From a virus (Duplodnaviria; Caudoviricetes), in the IMG/VR virus record IMGVR_UViG_3300012890_000001, positions 2,278-66,277 of that record: a stretch of DNA of 64,000 nucleotides. The stretch is one strand, 5' to 3'. The notes below the pieces were generated by a model that worked only from the letters and a program-made list of their open reading frames with translations, was not told where the DNA came from and did no database searches. The position numbers were made by a program, and so were the translations under genes. Positions 9,618 to 19,760 of this stretch are shown piece by piece. Position 1 is the first letter of the stretch; every line of letters starts with the position of its first letter.

Positions 9618-9845
9618 ATGCAGAAACTTCCAAAATTAGAACTGAGACGCAAGAAAACAGACGCCGTTCCCCTGCTGGTCTTGTTCGGCGTCGAGCAGCG
9701 AGGCACCGGCCTCACCGCCGAGGCGTACCACGTCCCAACCAAGACCCGCGCAGGCACGGTGGGCAAGGTGGGCAAGGAGCGTTACAGGCTCCCCGCACTG
9801 GCCTTCGGCTTCAAGTTTGAGGGCCTGGAGTTGAGCCGTGCCTGA
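9618..9845 (+). CDS. Small hypothetical protein
   Basis: GAGG RBS; overlaps next gene. Confidence 0.5.
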   Translation: MQKLPKLELRRKKTDAVPLLVLFGVEQRGTGLTAEAYHVPTKTRAGTVGKVGKERYRLPALAFGFKFEGLELSRA

Positions 9846-10164
9846 GAAGACGTATAGCTTCCAGGTCGCCACGAACATCAACCAGGGCATGTGGAAAGTA
9901 GCCGACCGGACCTTCCACGACCGGCGACTGACCATCAGTGAGCAGGAACAGGCCTGGAAGGGCGGCAACGACCTTGAGATTCTGGCTTCCGCGTTAACTT
10001 TCCTGAAGATCGAAGGGCAGGCGATCACGGTCGAGTGGCTGAAGGACAACCTGACCAGTGAGCCCAACCCGGTGCTGAGTGATATTGAATCGGCCTTTGC
10101 CTATCTGCGCGGTGGTAGTCTTGGCATTGAGCGGGCGCTGGCCGCCAAGCAGAAAGATGGCTGA
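9838..10164 (+). CDS. Putative tail assembly chaperone
   Basis: Position between tail tube and tape measure; GGAG RBS. Confidence 0.55.
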   Translation: MPEKTYSFQVATNINQGMWKVADRTFHDRRLTISEQEQAWKGGNDLEILASALTFLKIEGQAITVEWLKDNLTSEPNPVLSDIESAFAYLRGGSLGIERALAAKQKDG

Positions 10165-10639
10165 TGAGCGCAACTGGGGGCCGATCATGGCGATGCTCGC
10201 CCACCTGTACGGGTTCAGGCCCTGGGACGTGGCCCGCCTGACGCCTGAACAACTCGAGATGTACATCGAGAACTCGGGATTCGTTCGACTTCAGCGGGAC
10301 ATGCCGCAGCTCACCGCCTCGTTCGCCAAACTGGACGCCGACGCGCGGCAGAAGCTTGTGAACGACGAGGGGAAAGACCCCGATCCCAACAGCATTGACC
10401 AGCGGGCATGGCGCGTTTTCACGAAAAGCTACCGAACTGTCGAGGCTGAACCTGAGCAGGAGGCTGCCACCCCCCTTGCCAGCCTCAGCCCGGAGGCTGC
10501 TGAAGGTATCGTGCAATGGTGGGAAAGCGGTGACCTGTACAAGCTGCCAGAGGGTGGTCTGATCTGGCGCACGCAGCTTGTGGGGATTCACAAGCAGATT
10601 CAGGCGAGAGCGGCGCAATATAAGCCGGCCTCAGGCTGA
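10157..10639 (+). CDS. Putative second tail assembly chaperone
   Basis: YGFRPWDVARLTPEQL resembles GT-type chaperones; ATG 10157 overlaps previous gene. Confidence 0.55.
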   Translation: MADERNWGPIMAMLAHLYGFRPWDVARLTPEQLEMYIENSGFVRLQRDMPQLTASFAKLDADARQKLVNDEGKDPDPNSIDQRAWRVFTKSYRTVEAEPEQEAATPLASLSPEAAEGIVQWWESGDLYKLPEGGLIWRTQLVGIHKQIQARAAQYKPASG

Positions 10640-10661
10640 GATGAGGCTTATGCTGAAGGGC

Positions 10662-11027
10662 ATGACCCGGTTCATTCCGTCCGAGAAAACCCTGATGATT
10701 CTTCTCGGCGTAGTGCTGGGGACCATCCTGGTGGCCCTGTTCATCTTCTGGCTGGTGACCCGGCAGCCCTCAGGCCCGGCCCCGGTCGCCGAGCGGTACA
10801 ACTCCATGAGCTTCGGCCTAGAGTGCCAGAAGCAGATAGAGGCCAAGCTCAAGGCCCCAGGGACAGCCAAGTTTGAGAGCCCCTGGCCTGTCCGGGGGTC
10901 GGAAGCCGAGGGATATGCCATGAGCAGCTATGTGGACGCTGAAAACAGCTTTGGCGCAACGCTCCGGCAGGGCTATACCTGCACTTACGACCCAGCGACC
11001 CGGCAGACCGTGGCCACGCTGGAATGA
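10662..11027 (+). CDS. Membrane-anchored moron protein
   Basis: TATGCT 7 nt before ATG (leaderless); N-terminal TM helix; C....I...LKAP.TAKF and VDAENSFGA motifs; own terminator. Confidence 0.7.
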   Translation: MTRFIPSEKTLMILLGVVLGTILVALFIFWLVTRQPSGPAPVAERYNSMSFGLECQKQIEAKLKAPGTAKFESPWPVRGSEAEGYAMSSYVDAENSFGATLRQGYTCTYDPATRQTVATLE

Positions 11028-11044
11028 CCTGAAGAACGAACCTC

Positions 11045-11068
11045 AGCCGCCCTCCGGGGCGGTTTTTT
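11045..11068 (+). terminator. Intrinsic terminator
   Basis: GCCGCCC-TCCG-GGGCGGT-TTTTT. Confidence 0.75.
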
Positions 11069-11092
11069 GATGCACCTAAAAGGCGGTGGACC

Positions 11093-14000
11093 GTGGCAGA
11101 AGGAGTCGCAGGCATTGGAGTCATCATCACTGGCAACTCTGGCCCCCTGGTGGCCGAGCTGACCCGCGTGACCTCCCAGACATACAAGGTGTCGGTGGAT
11201 CTGGCAATCGCAGGCCAGTCTGCCGCGCTCCGGAGCCTGACCGATCTGAACACGTCTGCCCTGACCCTTGGGAGTAACCTCCGGGGTGTCCTGACGACCC
11301 TTCAGAGCATCAACGGCGCGGCAGGAGGTATCGGCGGGAGCCGTGCCCGTACTTCAGGCATGAATGAAGAGGCTGCCGCCATGCGTGCACTTCGCAACGA
11401 AGCCAATGCAGCGCGCAACTTTTGGCAGGCCGACCGCATGAACGACGCGCAGACAGTCGCTGGAATGCAGAAGTACAACCAGCAGGCAACTGTCATGATC
11501 GGTGTACTTGAGGGCCAGATCGCCGCTCTGAAAGCCAAAGGCGTGCTCAACGTCGTTGAGGAGAAAGAGCTTCAGAATCTCATTGCCCTCCAAAACGGCT
11601 ACAGCGTCACTTTAAAGACCACAGCCTCGACGCTGAACGCCATCTCTGGGCAGATCACGAAGGGCAGTCTAGCCGCTGGCGTCTCGGCAGGTGTGCGGGA
11701 CGCGGCGAACGCGGTGGCCCTGCTGAACAACCAGTACAAGGCGGGCACCATCAGCACCGCCGAGTACACCTCGGGCCTGACGGTGCAGCGCTCGGCTCTG
11801 CTGGGCAACCTCACCGCCGTCCAGCTGGAAACTGTGGCCCTACGGGAACTGGGCGTGCTCTCCGCACAGGACGCCTCACGCCTCGCCGTGCTCGTCACCG
11901 AGGAACAGCGCCTCACGGCAGCAGCGGCACAGACCACAGCGGCGCTCGAGCGGCAGGCGGCGGCGCAGCGCGCAGCAGCCGGCGCGGCCCTGGGCGTGCG
12001 CGGGGCGGGCGGCCTGAACGGCGCGGCCATTGGCCTGTCGTTCGTTGACCCGACCCTCGGGATGGCTGCTATGGCCCTTTCGATGGGTCCCGTGATCGCC
12101 GGTCTCGCGGCCATCGGCCTCGGCCTGAAGGCGTTCGGTGACGGCATCGACAAGGCGGCCATCTTCCAGCGCAGCCTCGCTCAGATCGGTGGCATCAGCG
12201 GCGAAACCGCTGAGCAGATGAATCACTACGGTGCCTACATCCAGAATCTCAGCACCATCCTCCCGGTCGCCACGCAGAAGCTGGCGGAAATGGGCCGGGA
12301 AGCGGTGATGGTAGGCCTGCACGGGCCGGAAGGCATGAAGGTCTATACCGAGAACATGGCGGCCTTCGCGGTCATCACCCGCACCGCCAACGGCGAACTC
12401 GGACACACGGCAGAGGTCGGCCAGGAGGTCGTGAAGATCCTGCGCTCGACCGGTGCCAACACCGAGGAAGTCACAGTCGGCTTCGGTCGCATGATCAACG
12501 GCCTGGTGGGGCTCAAGACCGAGAGCGGCGTGGCGATCCCACAGGTGACGGCGCTCCTGAAGTTCTGGAGTTCGCAGGGTCACGCGGTCGGATTGACCAT
12601 TGAACAGATGACCGGCCTCTCGGCTGCCCTGATCCAGACCGGCGCGCGGGCACAGGGCGCGGGCGGCGCGATGGCAAAGTTCTTCGACACCGCCGAGTCT
12701 GCTGCAGCCACGGGTGGGGCGAAGCTCCAGGCCTGGGCCAACGTCATCGGCCTAAGCGCCCAGCAGACGCGGGAGCTGCTGAAGAACGACCCGATGGCCT
12801 TCCTGCAGCGCTTCGTGACCGGCGCCGAGCAGCTCGACCGGGGCGGCAAGGCGCTCAGCCTAACCCTCGGCAGCGTGAGCCTAAACAGCGCCCAGGTGCG
12901 GCGCACGATGGCCGAGCTGAACAATGCCCTGCCGCTGGTCAGTGGGAACATCAAGATCATGACCGACGCCAGCAATGACCAGGGTCTGGCCCTGAGAAAA
13001 GCAGTGGAGGCGACGAACGACTACAAAGACAAGGTGACCCTGCTCAGTCACGGCTTCGACGTGCTCAAGGTCAACATGGGCATGGCGGTGCTGCCCGGTA
13101 TGACGGCAGTTCTCGGCTGGGCCTTGAACCTCAGTACGGCCCTCAAGGACGCCTCACAGGCGATGTCCGGCACGCTCGGCGCCGCGGCGGGTATCGACAC
13201 CACCAAGCTCAGCGCGGCAGATGCGGCCGACGTTGAATTGACCCTGAAAGCGATTCGCCGCCTACAGACGCAGACCGACGAGGGCTCCAAGAAGCAGCTC
13301 GCAGACGCTCAGGCGCACTTAGAAGTGCTCAAGCAGATCGCGGCCGGCACCTGGAAGGGCGCAACACCCTGGGCCGCTCAGAATAGCCAACAAGCTGCCG
13401 GGCTATTCCTGCCCACTCCGGGGAACATCGTGCCCGGCGGCTCTCGCTCGGCGGTCACACAGGAACTCGGCCTGCCCGGAAGCAACCGAACTGGCACCCC
13501 GTTCGGTGGGAAGTATTTCGGCGGGCAGGTGCACAACGGCGAGGATTTCTTCGCCCCGGTCGGCACACCGCTCACCGCTGCTTTCACCGGCTTCGCCACG
13601 ACCCGCTGGAGCAAGACCACCGGGCACATCATCGAACTGATCGACGCCACCGGCCAGAAGATGCTACTCGGCCACCTAAACGGCTACGCCGACGGGCTGG
13701 AGGAGGCCATCAAGAAGGCGGGCGGCAAGCTGCTGGTCAAACAGGGCCAGCTGATCGGCTACGTCGGCCAGACCGGCTCCCTCGCCCACGCTGATCTTGG
13801 CCCCGGCAATGCCCATACGCATGTCATGGGCTATGACGCCAAAGGCAACATCATCAATCCGCTCACGGCGAAGTTCCAGAATGTAGGCTCAGAGGCGCCT
13901 ACACCGCCGCCGGACGAGCAGAACAAGCCCCTTTCGGCCTACGTCGCGGAGGTCGAGCGGCTCCAGGCGGCCATCGACAAGGCCGCGAAGCGTGGGAAGC

Positions 14001-17000
14001 CGGGCCTCAACGACTGGAAAGAGGCGAAAGACGACCTCAATGCCTTCACTGAGGCCAACAAGGACATGGTGGCGCAGGCGAACGACTGGATCAGCAGCCA
14101 GACGAAGCGCTCCAAACAGGCTCTCAAGGACATGGGCCTCTCTGATGCCGACTGGGCGAAGTACAAGGCCCGGGCGACCGAGCTGGCGGCCCTGCAGGAC
14201 AAGCGGAGCACGCTTTCGCAGCCGCAGGCACTGAAGCTTGACCGCGATATGGCCTCCTTCAACTCCGATCCCGTCAAGAGCAAAGCACTAGAGTTCGCCT
14301 CACAGCAACTCAGTGACCGGAAGGCGCTGGAGGCACAGAACAAGCAGGAGGCCGACAAGGCGGCGGCCGAGTCCAGGCGTGTCTCCCAGGCCCTGAATCA
14401 GGGGCGTGTCAGTGACGCCCAGGCAGCCTTAGAGCGCCTGAAGACCATACAGCAGCAGGAACTCGACAGCGCAGGCGATAGCCAATCGAAGCGCCTTGCA
14501 GTGGTCAAGAAGACCAGCCAGCAGATATACGAAGCCGAGATGGCCGTGGCCCGCGTGACCAGGCGGGATGCTATAGCGGCAGCGAACGAGGAGAAGAATC
14601 CGGCGCTCCGCTCAGCCCAGATCGGGAGGGCGAACAGCGCCTATACCCTCACCGATCAAAAAGCACAGCTGGAACGCATCCAGGCGGTGCAGGCTGCTCA
14701 GAAGAGCGCTGATTCTGAGCATGATCAGCGCGTCAAGACGGCTGGAGAGAACCAACTGAAGGCCGATCAGGCCTTAGCAGATGGCAAATCGGCCCTCGCC
14801 AAGACCTCGGCGCAGGCAGTACTGACCGCCTATGACCTGGAGACCGCCAAGGCCGGGAGCAGCGCCAGCCAGAAGCTCCTGACCGAGCAGGCGTGGCAGA
14901 GCAAGCGCCTCGCGGCCATGAACACCCTGAGCCGGGCCGAGGCGCAGGCCAGCGTGACCAACTTGGAGCAGGAACGCAACAAGCTCGTGAACGCCGAGGG
15001 CGTCACGAAGGCCCAGCGGCAGGAACTCTGGGCGCAGTATGCCGAGCGGATCGGCAAGATCGATGCCGGGCTGACCGTGACCCTGAAGGCCAATCAGCAG
15101 ACGGTCAAGACCGACCTTCAGAGGGCGAAAGACGAGCAGCTGAAGGTGGTGCAGGACAACGTGGCGAAGGTCAATGCGTCACTGGCTGACGTGCTGGCTA
15201 ACCCCGGGCAGTACGGGGACGGCGCGCGCGGGCTGACCACGCCCTTTCAGGTCGGTCTGGAAGACCTGCTCAAGCTGCTCCCGACCACCGACGCCGAGGC
15301 GCAGAAATTCCTGGGCACGGTCGAGGACATGGCCCAGCAGGGGCTGATCAGCGGCAGCACCCTGGAAGCCATGAAGGCGCACGTCGCGGCGGTGGGCGTG
15401 GAGGCCCGCGTGGCGGCGGGCGAGTTCAAGGGCATTACCGACGGCGGGCGGGACGCAGCGGCGGCCAGCAGTGACCTCCGCCTCAGCATGGACACGCTCA
15501 ACGAGGTGTTCCCGGCCACCCTGGCCGGGGCTGATGGCTTCGGGAAGGCTCTTGATGAGTGGGCAGCCTCCGGTGCGATCACCAACGAGATGCTGACTAC
15601 CATGAAGGCCCGGCTGGATGCTCTGCGCGAGTCGCTGAGCTTCGACGCCGGGCTGGTCGAGGAGCAGGCCCGCAACGGCGCGTTCAATGACGTGTCTGAC
15701 GGTGGGCGGAATCCCAAAGGGAAAGACTTCCAGCCGCTCGACCCGGCTGACCAGAACAAGAACAGCTTCGATCTCAGTGCCCTCTCCGAGACGGCCAACG
15801 CGCTGCCGTACAAGGAGTTCCAGCAGTTCCTGAAGGACATCCAGCTCTCGCAGGAAGATACCGATACCCTCACGGCCAGCTGGCGGGCCTTCAATGATCA
15901 GGTACAGGCCACGCTGGACACGGTCAACAAGAACCCGGACGACTACGCCGACGGCGCACGTGGCCTGACGCCCAAGAGTGGCAGCGCTGACGAGCTTCAG
16001 AGGCAGATTGACGAGGACCGGGCCAGAGGCGACCGTGACCTCGCTGCCCAGGCTGAGGGGGCCAAGCAGTCGGCCGAAGCTACTACCACCCTCGCCGGGG
16101 CCTATGCAGCCCTGAAGCAGGCGCAAGGCGAGACGGTCGGCAGCAATCAGGGGATGATCGACTCCCTGAACCAACTCTGGTTCGTGGCCGGTGTGGACAC
16201 CAAGGCGCTCGGTGAACTGATCGGCAAACTGAAGCAACTCGACCAGCAGGCGAAGGATAAGGCCAACCTCGACGCCTTCGCCCAGGGCCTGCAGCAGATC
16301 GGAGGCACCCTCAGCCAGCTTGACGGGTTGGGTGGGCTATTCGGCAAGACGCTCTCCTCCATCGGCTCTGGGATTCAACTGTTTCAGAAGATCCCCGACC
16401 TGATGAGTAAGACCAGTTCGGCCATGAAGGGCGGTTCGATCTTCGATCTGGCCGGAGCGGCTGGTGGCTGGCTGGGCATGGCTTCCGAGGCGATCAACCT
16501 CATCGGCTCTCTGGGCGACGCGATCATGAACCTTGATCCCGGCTACCAGAAGTGGAAGAAGAACATGCTGGAGATTGCCTCCCTTGAGTCTCAGTCGGCG
16601 GGCAGCAAGAAGACCGGGCTGATCAGCAACCCCTACTACGATGCCCTTCAGGAGGACTCACAGAAGCGCCAGACGTTGGCCAACGCTGGTTTTTGGCAGA
16701 AACTGGGCTGGTCACTGTTCGGCGGAGCGCCGGAGGCCATGAGCGACGCTGCCGCCAACATGCTCTCCAAAGCCTCGACCATCTTCTCCGACCTCGGCTC
16801 CAAGCTCAGCAGCAGCCTGTCATCCAACCTCCTGAAGGCAGTCAAGTCGGGCGATTTCAGCACGATCAATGACACGCTGAAGGCAGAAATGGATGATTTC
16901 GTCACCCAGGCCGTGATTGACGAGGTGATTGCCAAATCCAACCTGACGGCACTGATCAAGCAGTACGCAGACGATTCGGCGGCCGGCCGGGATACGAGTT

Positions 17001-17374
17001 CTTCCCTTGCTGCCATCCGGAACGAGGAGAGCCGTATCACGGGATCAGTCTCGGCACTTTCCGGAAGCCTGCCGAGCTTCGGAAACACCCCAGGCGACAG
17101 CAGCGCCGGTACTTCGTCCGGTTCAGCGTTCGGTACACAAGCGCAAGCCATCGAGTTCACCTTGCCGTCAGTCATTTACGACGGCTTCACAGGCTTCGAC
17201 GCCAGTGTGAGCCTGTTCAGTACGACCATCACGGACGCGCGGGCCATGTACCAGGAAGTGCGGCAGATGTACCAGGAAGTCGGGGTGATGTTCAAGGAAG
17301 GCCTGGGCATCAACCTGAACCTCGCGCAGGGCACCACCTCCATGCAGGCCAGCACGACCGCTGCACTGCGCTAA
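11093..17374 (+). CDS. Tape measure protein with M23 peptidase domain
   Basis: 2093 aa Ala-rich helical protein; TP901-like core; HNGEDF...GHL...VKQGQLIGYVGQTG...HTH M23 motifs at about 13490-13860. Confidence 0.92.
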   Translation: MAEGVAGIGVIITGNSGPLVAELTRVTSQTYKVSVDLAIAGQSAALRSLTDLNTSALTLGSNLRGVLTTLQSINGAAGGIGGSRARTSGMNEEAAAMRALRNEANAARNFWQADRMNDAQTVAGMQKYNQQATVMIGVLEGQIAALKAKGVLNVVEEKELQNLIALQNGYSVTLKTTASTLNAISGQITKGSLAAGVSAGVRDAANAVALLNNQYKAGTISTAEYTSGLTVQRSALLGNLTAVQLETVALRELGVLSAQDASRLAVLVTEEQRLTAAAAQTTAALERQAAAQRAAAGAALGVRGAGGLNGAAIGLSFVDPTLGMAAMALSMGPVIAGLAAIGLGLKAFGDGIDKAAIFQRSLAQIGGISGETAEQMNHYGAYIQNLSTILPVATQKLAEMGREAVMVGLHGPEGMKVYTENMAAFAVITRTANGELGHTAEVGQEVVKILRSTGANTEEVTVGFGRMINGLVGLKTESGVAIPQVTALLKFWSSQGHAVGLTIEQMTGLSAALIQTGARAQGAGGAMAKFFDTAESAAATGGAKLQAWANVIGLSAQQTRELLKNDPMAFLQRFVTGAEQLDRGGKALSLTLGSVSLNSAQVRRTMAELNNALPLVSGNIKIMTDASNDQGLALRKAVEATNDYKDKVTLLSHGFDVLKVNMGMAVLPGMTAVLGWALNLSTALKDASQAMSGTLGAAAGIDTTKLSAADAADVELTLKAIRRLQTQTDEGSKKQLADAQAHLEVLKQIAAGTWKGATPWAAQNSQQAAGLFLPTPGNIVPGGSRSAVTQELGLPGSNRTGTPFGGKYFGGQVHNGEDFFAPVGTPLTAAFTGFATTRWSKTTGHIIELIDATGQKMLLGHLNGYADGLEEAIKKAGGKLLVKQGQLIGYVGQTGSLAHADLGPGNAHTHVMGYDAKGNIINPLTAKFQNVGSEAPTPPPDEQNKPLSAYVAEVERLQAAIDKAAKRGKPGLNDWKEAKDDLNAFTEANKDMVAQANDWISSQTKRSKQALKDMGLSDADWAKYKARATELAALQDKRSTLSQPQALKLDRDMASFNSDPVKSKALEFASQQLSDRKALEAQNKQEADKAAAESRRVSQALNQGRVSDAQAALERLKTIQQQELDSAGDSQSKRLAVVKKTSQQIYEAEMAVARVTRRDAIAAANEEKNPALRSAQIGRANSAYTLTDQKAQLERIQAVQAAQKSADSEHDQRVKTAGENQLKADQALADGKSALAKTSAQAVLTAYDLETAKAGSSASQKLLTEQAWQSKRLAAMNTLSRAEAQASVTNLEQERNKLVNAEGVTKAQRQELWAQYAERIGKIDAGLTVTLKANQQTVKTDLQRAKDEQLKVVQDNVAKVNASLADVLANPGQYGDGARGLTTPFQVGLEDLLKLLPTTDAEAQKFLGTVEDMAQQGLISGSTLEAMKAHVAAVGVEARVAAGEFKGITDGGRDAAAASSDLRLSMDTLNEVFPATLAGADGFGKALDEWAASGAITNEMLTTMKARLDALRESLSFDAGLVEEQARNGAFNDVSDGGRNPKGKDFQPLDPADQNKNSFDLSALSETANALPYKEFQQFLKDIQLSQEDTDTLTASWRAFNDQVQATLDTVNKNPDDYADGARGLTPKSGSADELQRQIDEDRARGDRDLAAQAEGAKQSAEATTTLAGAYAALKQAQGETVGSNQGMIDSLNQLWFVAGVDTKALGELIGKLKQLDQQAKDKANLDAFAQGLQQIGGTLSQLDGLGGLFGKTLSSIGSGIQLFQKIPDLMSKTSSAMKGGSIFDLAGAAGGWLGMASEAINLIGSLGDAIMNLDPGYQKWKKNMLEIASLESQSAGSKKTGLISNPYYDALQEDSQKRQTLANAGFWQKLGWSLFGGAPEAMSDAAANMLSKASTIFSDLGSKLSSSLSSNLLKAVKSGDFSTINDTLKAEMDDFVTQAVIDEVIAKSNLTALIKQYADDSAAGRDTSSSLAAIRNEESRITGSVSALSGSLPSFGNTPGDSSAGTSSGSAFGTQAQAIEFTLPSVIYDGFTGFDASVSLFSTTITDARAMYQEVRQMYQEVGVMFKEGLGINLNLAQGTTSMQASTTAALR

Positions 17375-17393
17375 CCCCCATCCAATCCATACG

Positions 17394-17422
17394 GCCGCTC
17401 CTTCGGGGGCGGCTTCTTCTTT
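17394..17422 (+). terminator. Intrinsic terminator
   Basis: GCCGCTCC-TTCG-GGGGCGGC-TTCTTCTTT. Confidence 0.65.
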
Positions 17423-17433
17423 CGGAGGTCCGA

Positions 17434-19083
17434 ATGTTCAGTGAACTCTGGCGCTTGAAAGTCTTCGACCCCGAGGGGCTCCCGCGCTTCGTACAGGACA
17501 TGGGCGAACTCAAGCTGGACGGCAGCCCTTCTTTTGAAGAGGAGGGCAACGGCAACTGCCGCGAAGCCACCTTCAGGGGCATGGTCGGCATCAACCCGCG
17601 CGACTGGGTGGACATCCAGTACACCCTGGACGGCAGCACCTGGATCACCCGCTTTTCCGGGGTCGCCACGCAGGTCCGAACCGGCTACAACCCCGACGCG
17701 GGCGGGTACAAGCTCGTCGGTGGAATCAAAAAACTAGAAGAAGCGGAGGCCCGGGAGGTCATTCAGCCCGGGAATCTCAAAGATCAGATACAGCGTTTAT
17801 GGACTTCCGCTCTGACTTCAGGGCAACTGGGCAAGCAGGTTTTCCAGCCCACCATCCAGACCGACCTCGGCAGCATCGACTACACCCTCGCCAGTGTCGG
17901 GAGCGGTGTGGGCAACGGCAGCACACCGGGCACGGTGATTCAGGGCAAGGGCATCGCGCCGAACTACCAGAGTGTCGCCACCGTCCTGAAGACGGTCATT
18001 GCCCCCCGCTATCCCGGCTGTCAGGTGGCGGTCACGGCCGACCGGGCGCTGAAAGTCTGGAAGCCGACGGGCACGCTCGTTCTGGACGAGATCAACCCGG
18101 ACGTGCATGTGGAGTGGACGGACGTGGACGCCGAAGAGTTGGTGACCCACGTGCGGTTCATCTTTCCCCGCGCGGTTGGTGGCACTGTCACCTACGGCAA
18201 GCTCGAGCGCGGGGCCCCGATCACCACCGCCCGCCCCGGTCAGGCGGCCACCGTCCTCGTCCCAGTAAGCAGTACGCCCAGCACCTACGGGCAAAGCATC
18301 AAGCCCCTAGCGCTGAGCAGCAGTGAGTCTCAGCATTTCACCCGCCTGAGTGGGTCCGGCGACGTGATCGTCAGCCCACTGGCCCAGTCCGGCACCGGCA
18401 CCCCCACCTACACCGGAGACGACGCTGCCCTCTGGGACGGCGACACCGGCACCTCGGTCATTGTTGGCTTCACTGGCCCGGGCATCTCACAGATCAGTGT
18501 GAGCATCCCATTCAGCACCGCCCTGCCCGTCCTCGGCGTGGAGTTCGTGTCGGAAAACACCACCTGCCGCCGCTGCAGGATCACCAGTCCTTCAGGTTAC
18601 GTCGATCTGACCACGCCCAGCGGCACCGGGGGCTTCTGGCTGCTCTCCGACGAGGCGCAGGCGTTCCTGGCACAGCGCACCGATACCAACCTCAACCTGT
18701 ACTTCGTCCTGGACATTGCAGGCACGGCCAACGTGACGCTCCGGGCGGCCACCCTGCTCACCCCGAACGCCGACGAACTCGGCGGGGTGGCGCAGGCGGC
18801 GGCCCGGCTCCCGGCGGTGCAGGCGGGTACGGTGCGGATGCCCGGCTGGCCTGCTCCTCAGCCGTTCGTGTCCATCCAACGGCGTGATAAAGACTTCCAG
18901 CCCATTGGTCTGCCGGCCGTCATCCCCGCCGCGATCTACAAGCGGTCAGTCACCCCCGCAGGCGAACTGCAGACGGAGATCAGCATGGGCCAACGAGACA
19001 CCCCGGAAGTCAGCGCGGCGGCGGCCCTCATCAAGGCCCGTGACGCGCAGGCCGCGTTGATCGCCGTCCGGGCCAGCGTATGA
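17434..19083 (+). CDS. Minor tail protein (hub/Tal-like)
   Basis: 549 aa after tape measure; GGAGG RBS; beta-rich. Confidence 0.65.
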   Translation: MFSELWRLKVFDPEGLPRFVQDMGELKLDGSPSFEEEGNGNCREATFRGMVGINPRDWVDIQYTLDGSTWITRFSGVATQVRTGYNPDAGGYKLVGGIKKLEEAEAREVIQPGNLKDQIQRLWTSALTSGQLGKQVFQPTIQTDLGSIDYTLASVGSGVGNGSTPGTVIQGKGIAPNYQSVATVLKTVIAPRYPGCQVAVTADRALKVWKPTGTLVLDEINPDVHVEWTDVDAEELVTHVRFIFPRAVGGTVTYGKLERGAPITTARPGQAATVLVPVSSTPSTYGQSIKPLALSSSESQHFTRLSGSGDVIVSPLAQSGTGTPTYTGDDAALWDGDTGTSVIVGFTGPGISQISVSIPFSTALPVLGVEFVSENTTCRRCRITSPSGYVDLTTPSGTGGFWLLSDEAQAFLAQRTDTNLNLYFVLDIAGTANVTLRAATLLTPNADELGGVAQAAARLPAVQAGTVRMPGWPAPQPFVSIQRRDKDFQPIGLPAVIPAAIYKRSVTPAGELQTEISMGQRDTPEVSAAAALIKARDAQAALIAVRASV

Positions 19084-19754
19084 GCGTGTCACCGACGCCT
19101 ACGGGCGTGCCGACCGGCGAGCTGTGGACGCAGCGGGTGATGACCAGCAACGGGCAAATGTGGGTGGTGAGCGACGAGACCACCAACCTTCTCACTGGCA
19201 CGCGCTTCGCCAATCCCCAGGACGTGCAGGCGCAGTACAACAGTCGCCAGTACCAGACGGCGGGCAGCGGCACCGCGTGGCAGGGCGGGAACGGCCGGGC
19301 CATGCCCGCCACGCTGAACGTCCCGACCTTCGTGAAGGGCGACGATCTCGCCAGCCTCAACCGCACCACCGACAACCTCAGCCGCCTGATGCGGAACGCC
19401 AGCCGGTACTACATCGGCGCGCGCTTCGTGACGGTGCTCGGCTGCTCACAGCTCAGCCCGACCAAGGGTCGCAGCCTGACGCGCGACATCACCTTCGTCC
19501 TGAACCTCAAAGACCCCTACTGGCGCCTCAGCGACGACGACGCCAACCCCAGTCTGTTCCCGATTGAATCCGACATGGGCCTGAGTCTCTACCCGCTCGG
19601 CCTGTTCCACATCACCGACGAAGGGGCCGGCAGTTACCAGCTCGAGCCGTTGACCGGCACGGTCCTCACCGCCAACACCCTCACGTACACCGTGCGGGGC
19701 CAGAACTTCGCTTTTCAGACCCTGGAGGCCCACTATGACAGCCCTTACCTGTGA
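19080..19754 (+). CDS. Minor tail protein (Dit-like)
   Basis: ITFVLNLKDPYW resembles the Dit DPY motif. Confidence 0.55.
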   Translation: MSVSPTPTGVPTGELWTQRVMTSNGQMWVVSDETTNLLTGTRFANPQDVQAQYNSRQYQTAGSGTAWQGGNGRAMPATLNVPTFVKGDDLASLNRTTDNLSRLMRNASRYYIGARFVTVLGCSQLSPTKGRSLTRDITFVLNLKDPYWRLSDDDANPSLFPIESDMGLSLYPLGLFHITDEGAGSYQLEPLTGTVLTANTLTYTVRGQNFAFQTLEAHYDSPYL

Positions 19755-19760
19755 GGCGGC

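Noticed and set aside
10079-10164. Programmed -1 frameshift between tail chaperones
   Set aside because: The downstream ORF is in the +1 frame, has its own ATG at 10157, and no XXXYYYZ slippery heptamer is visible.
17246-17298. ATGTACCAGGAAGT repeat with 21-bp period
   Set aside because: In-frame heptad repeat at the tape measure C-terminus; explained by protein sequence.
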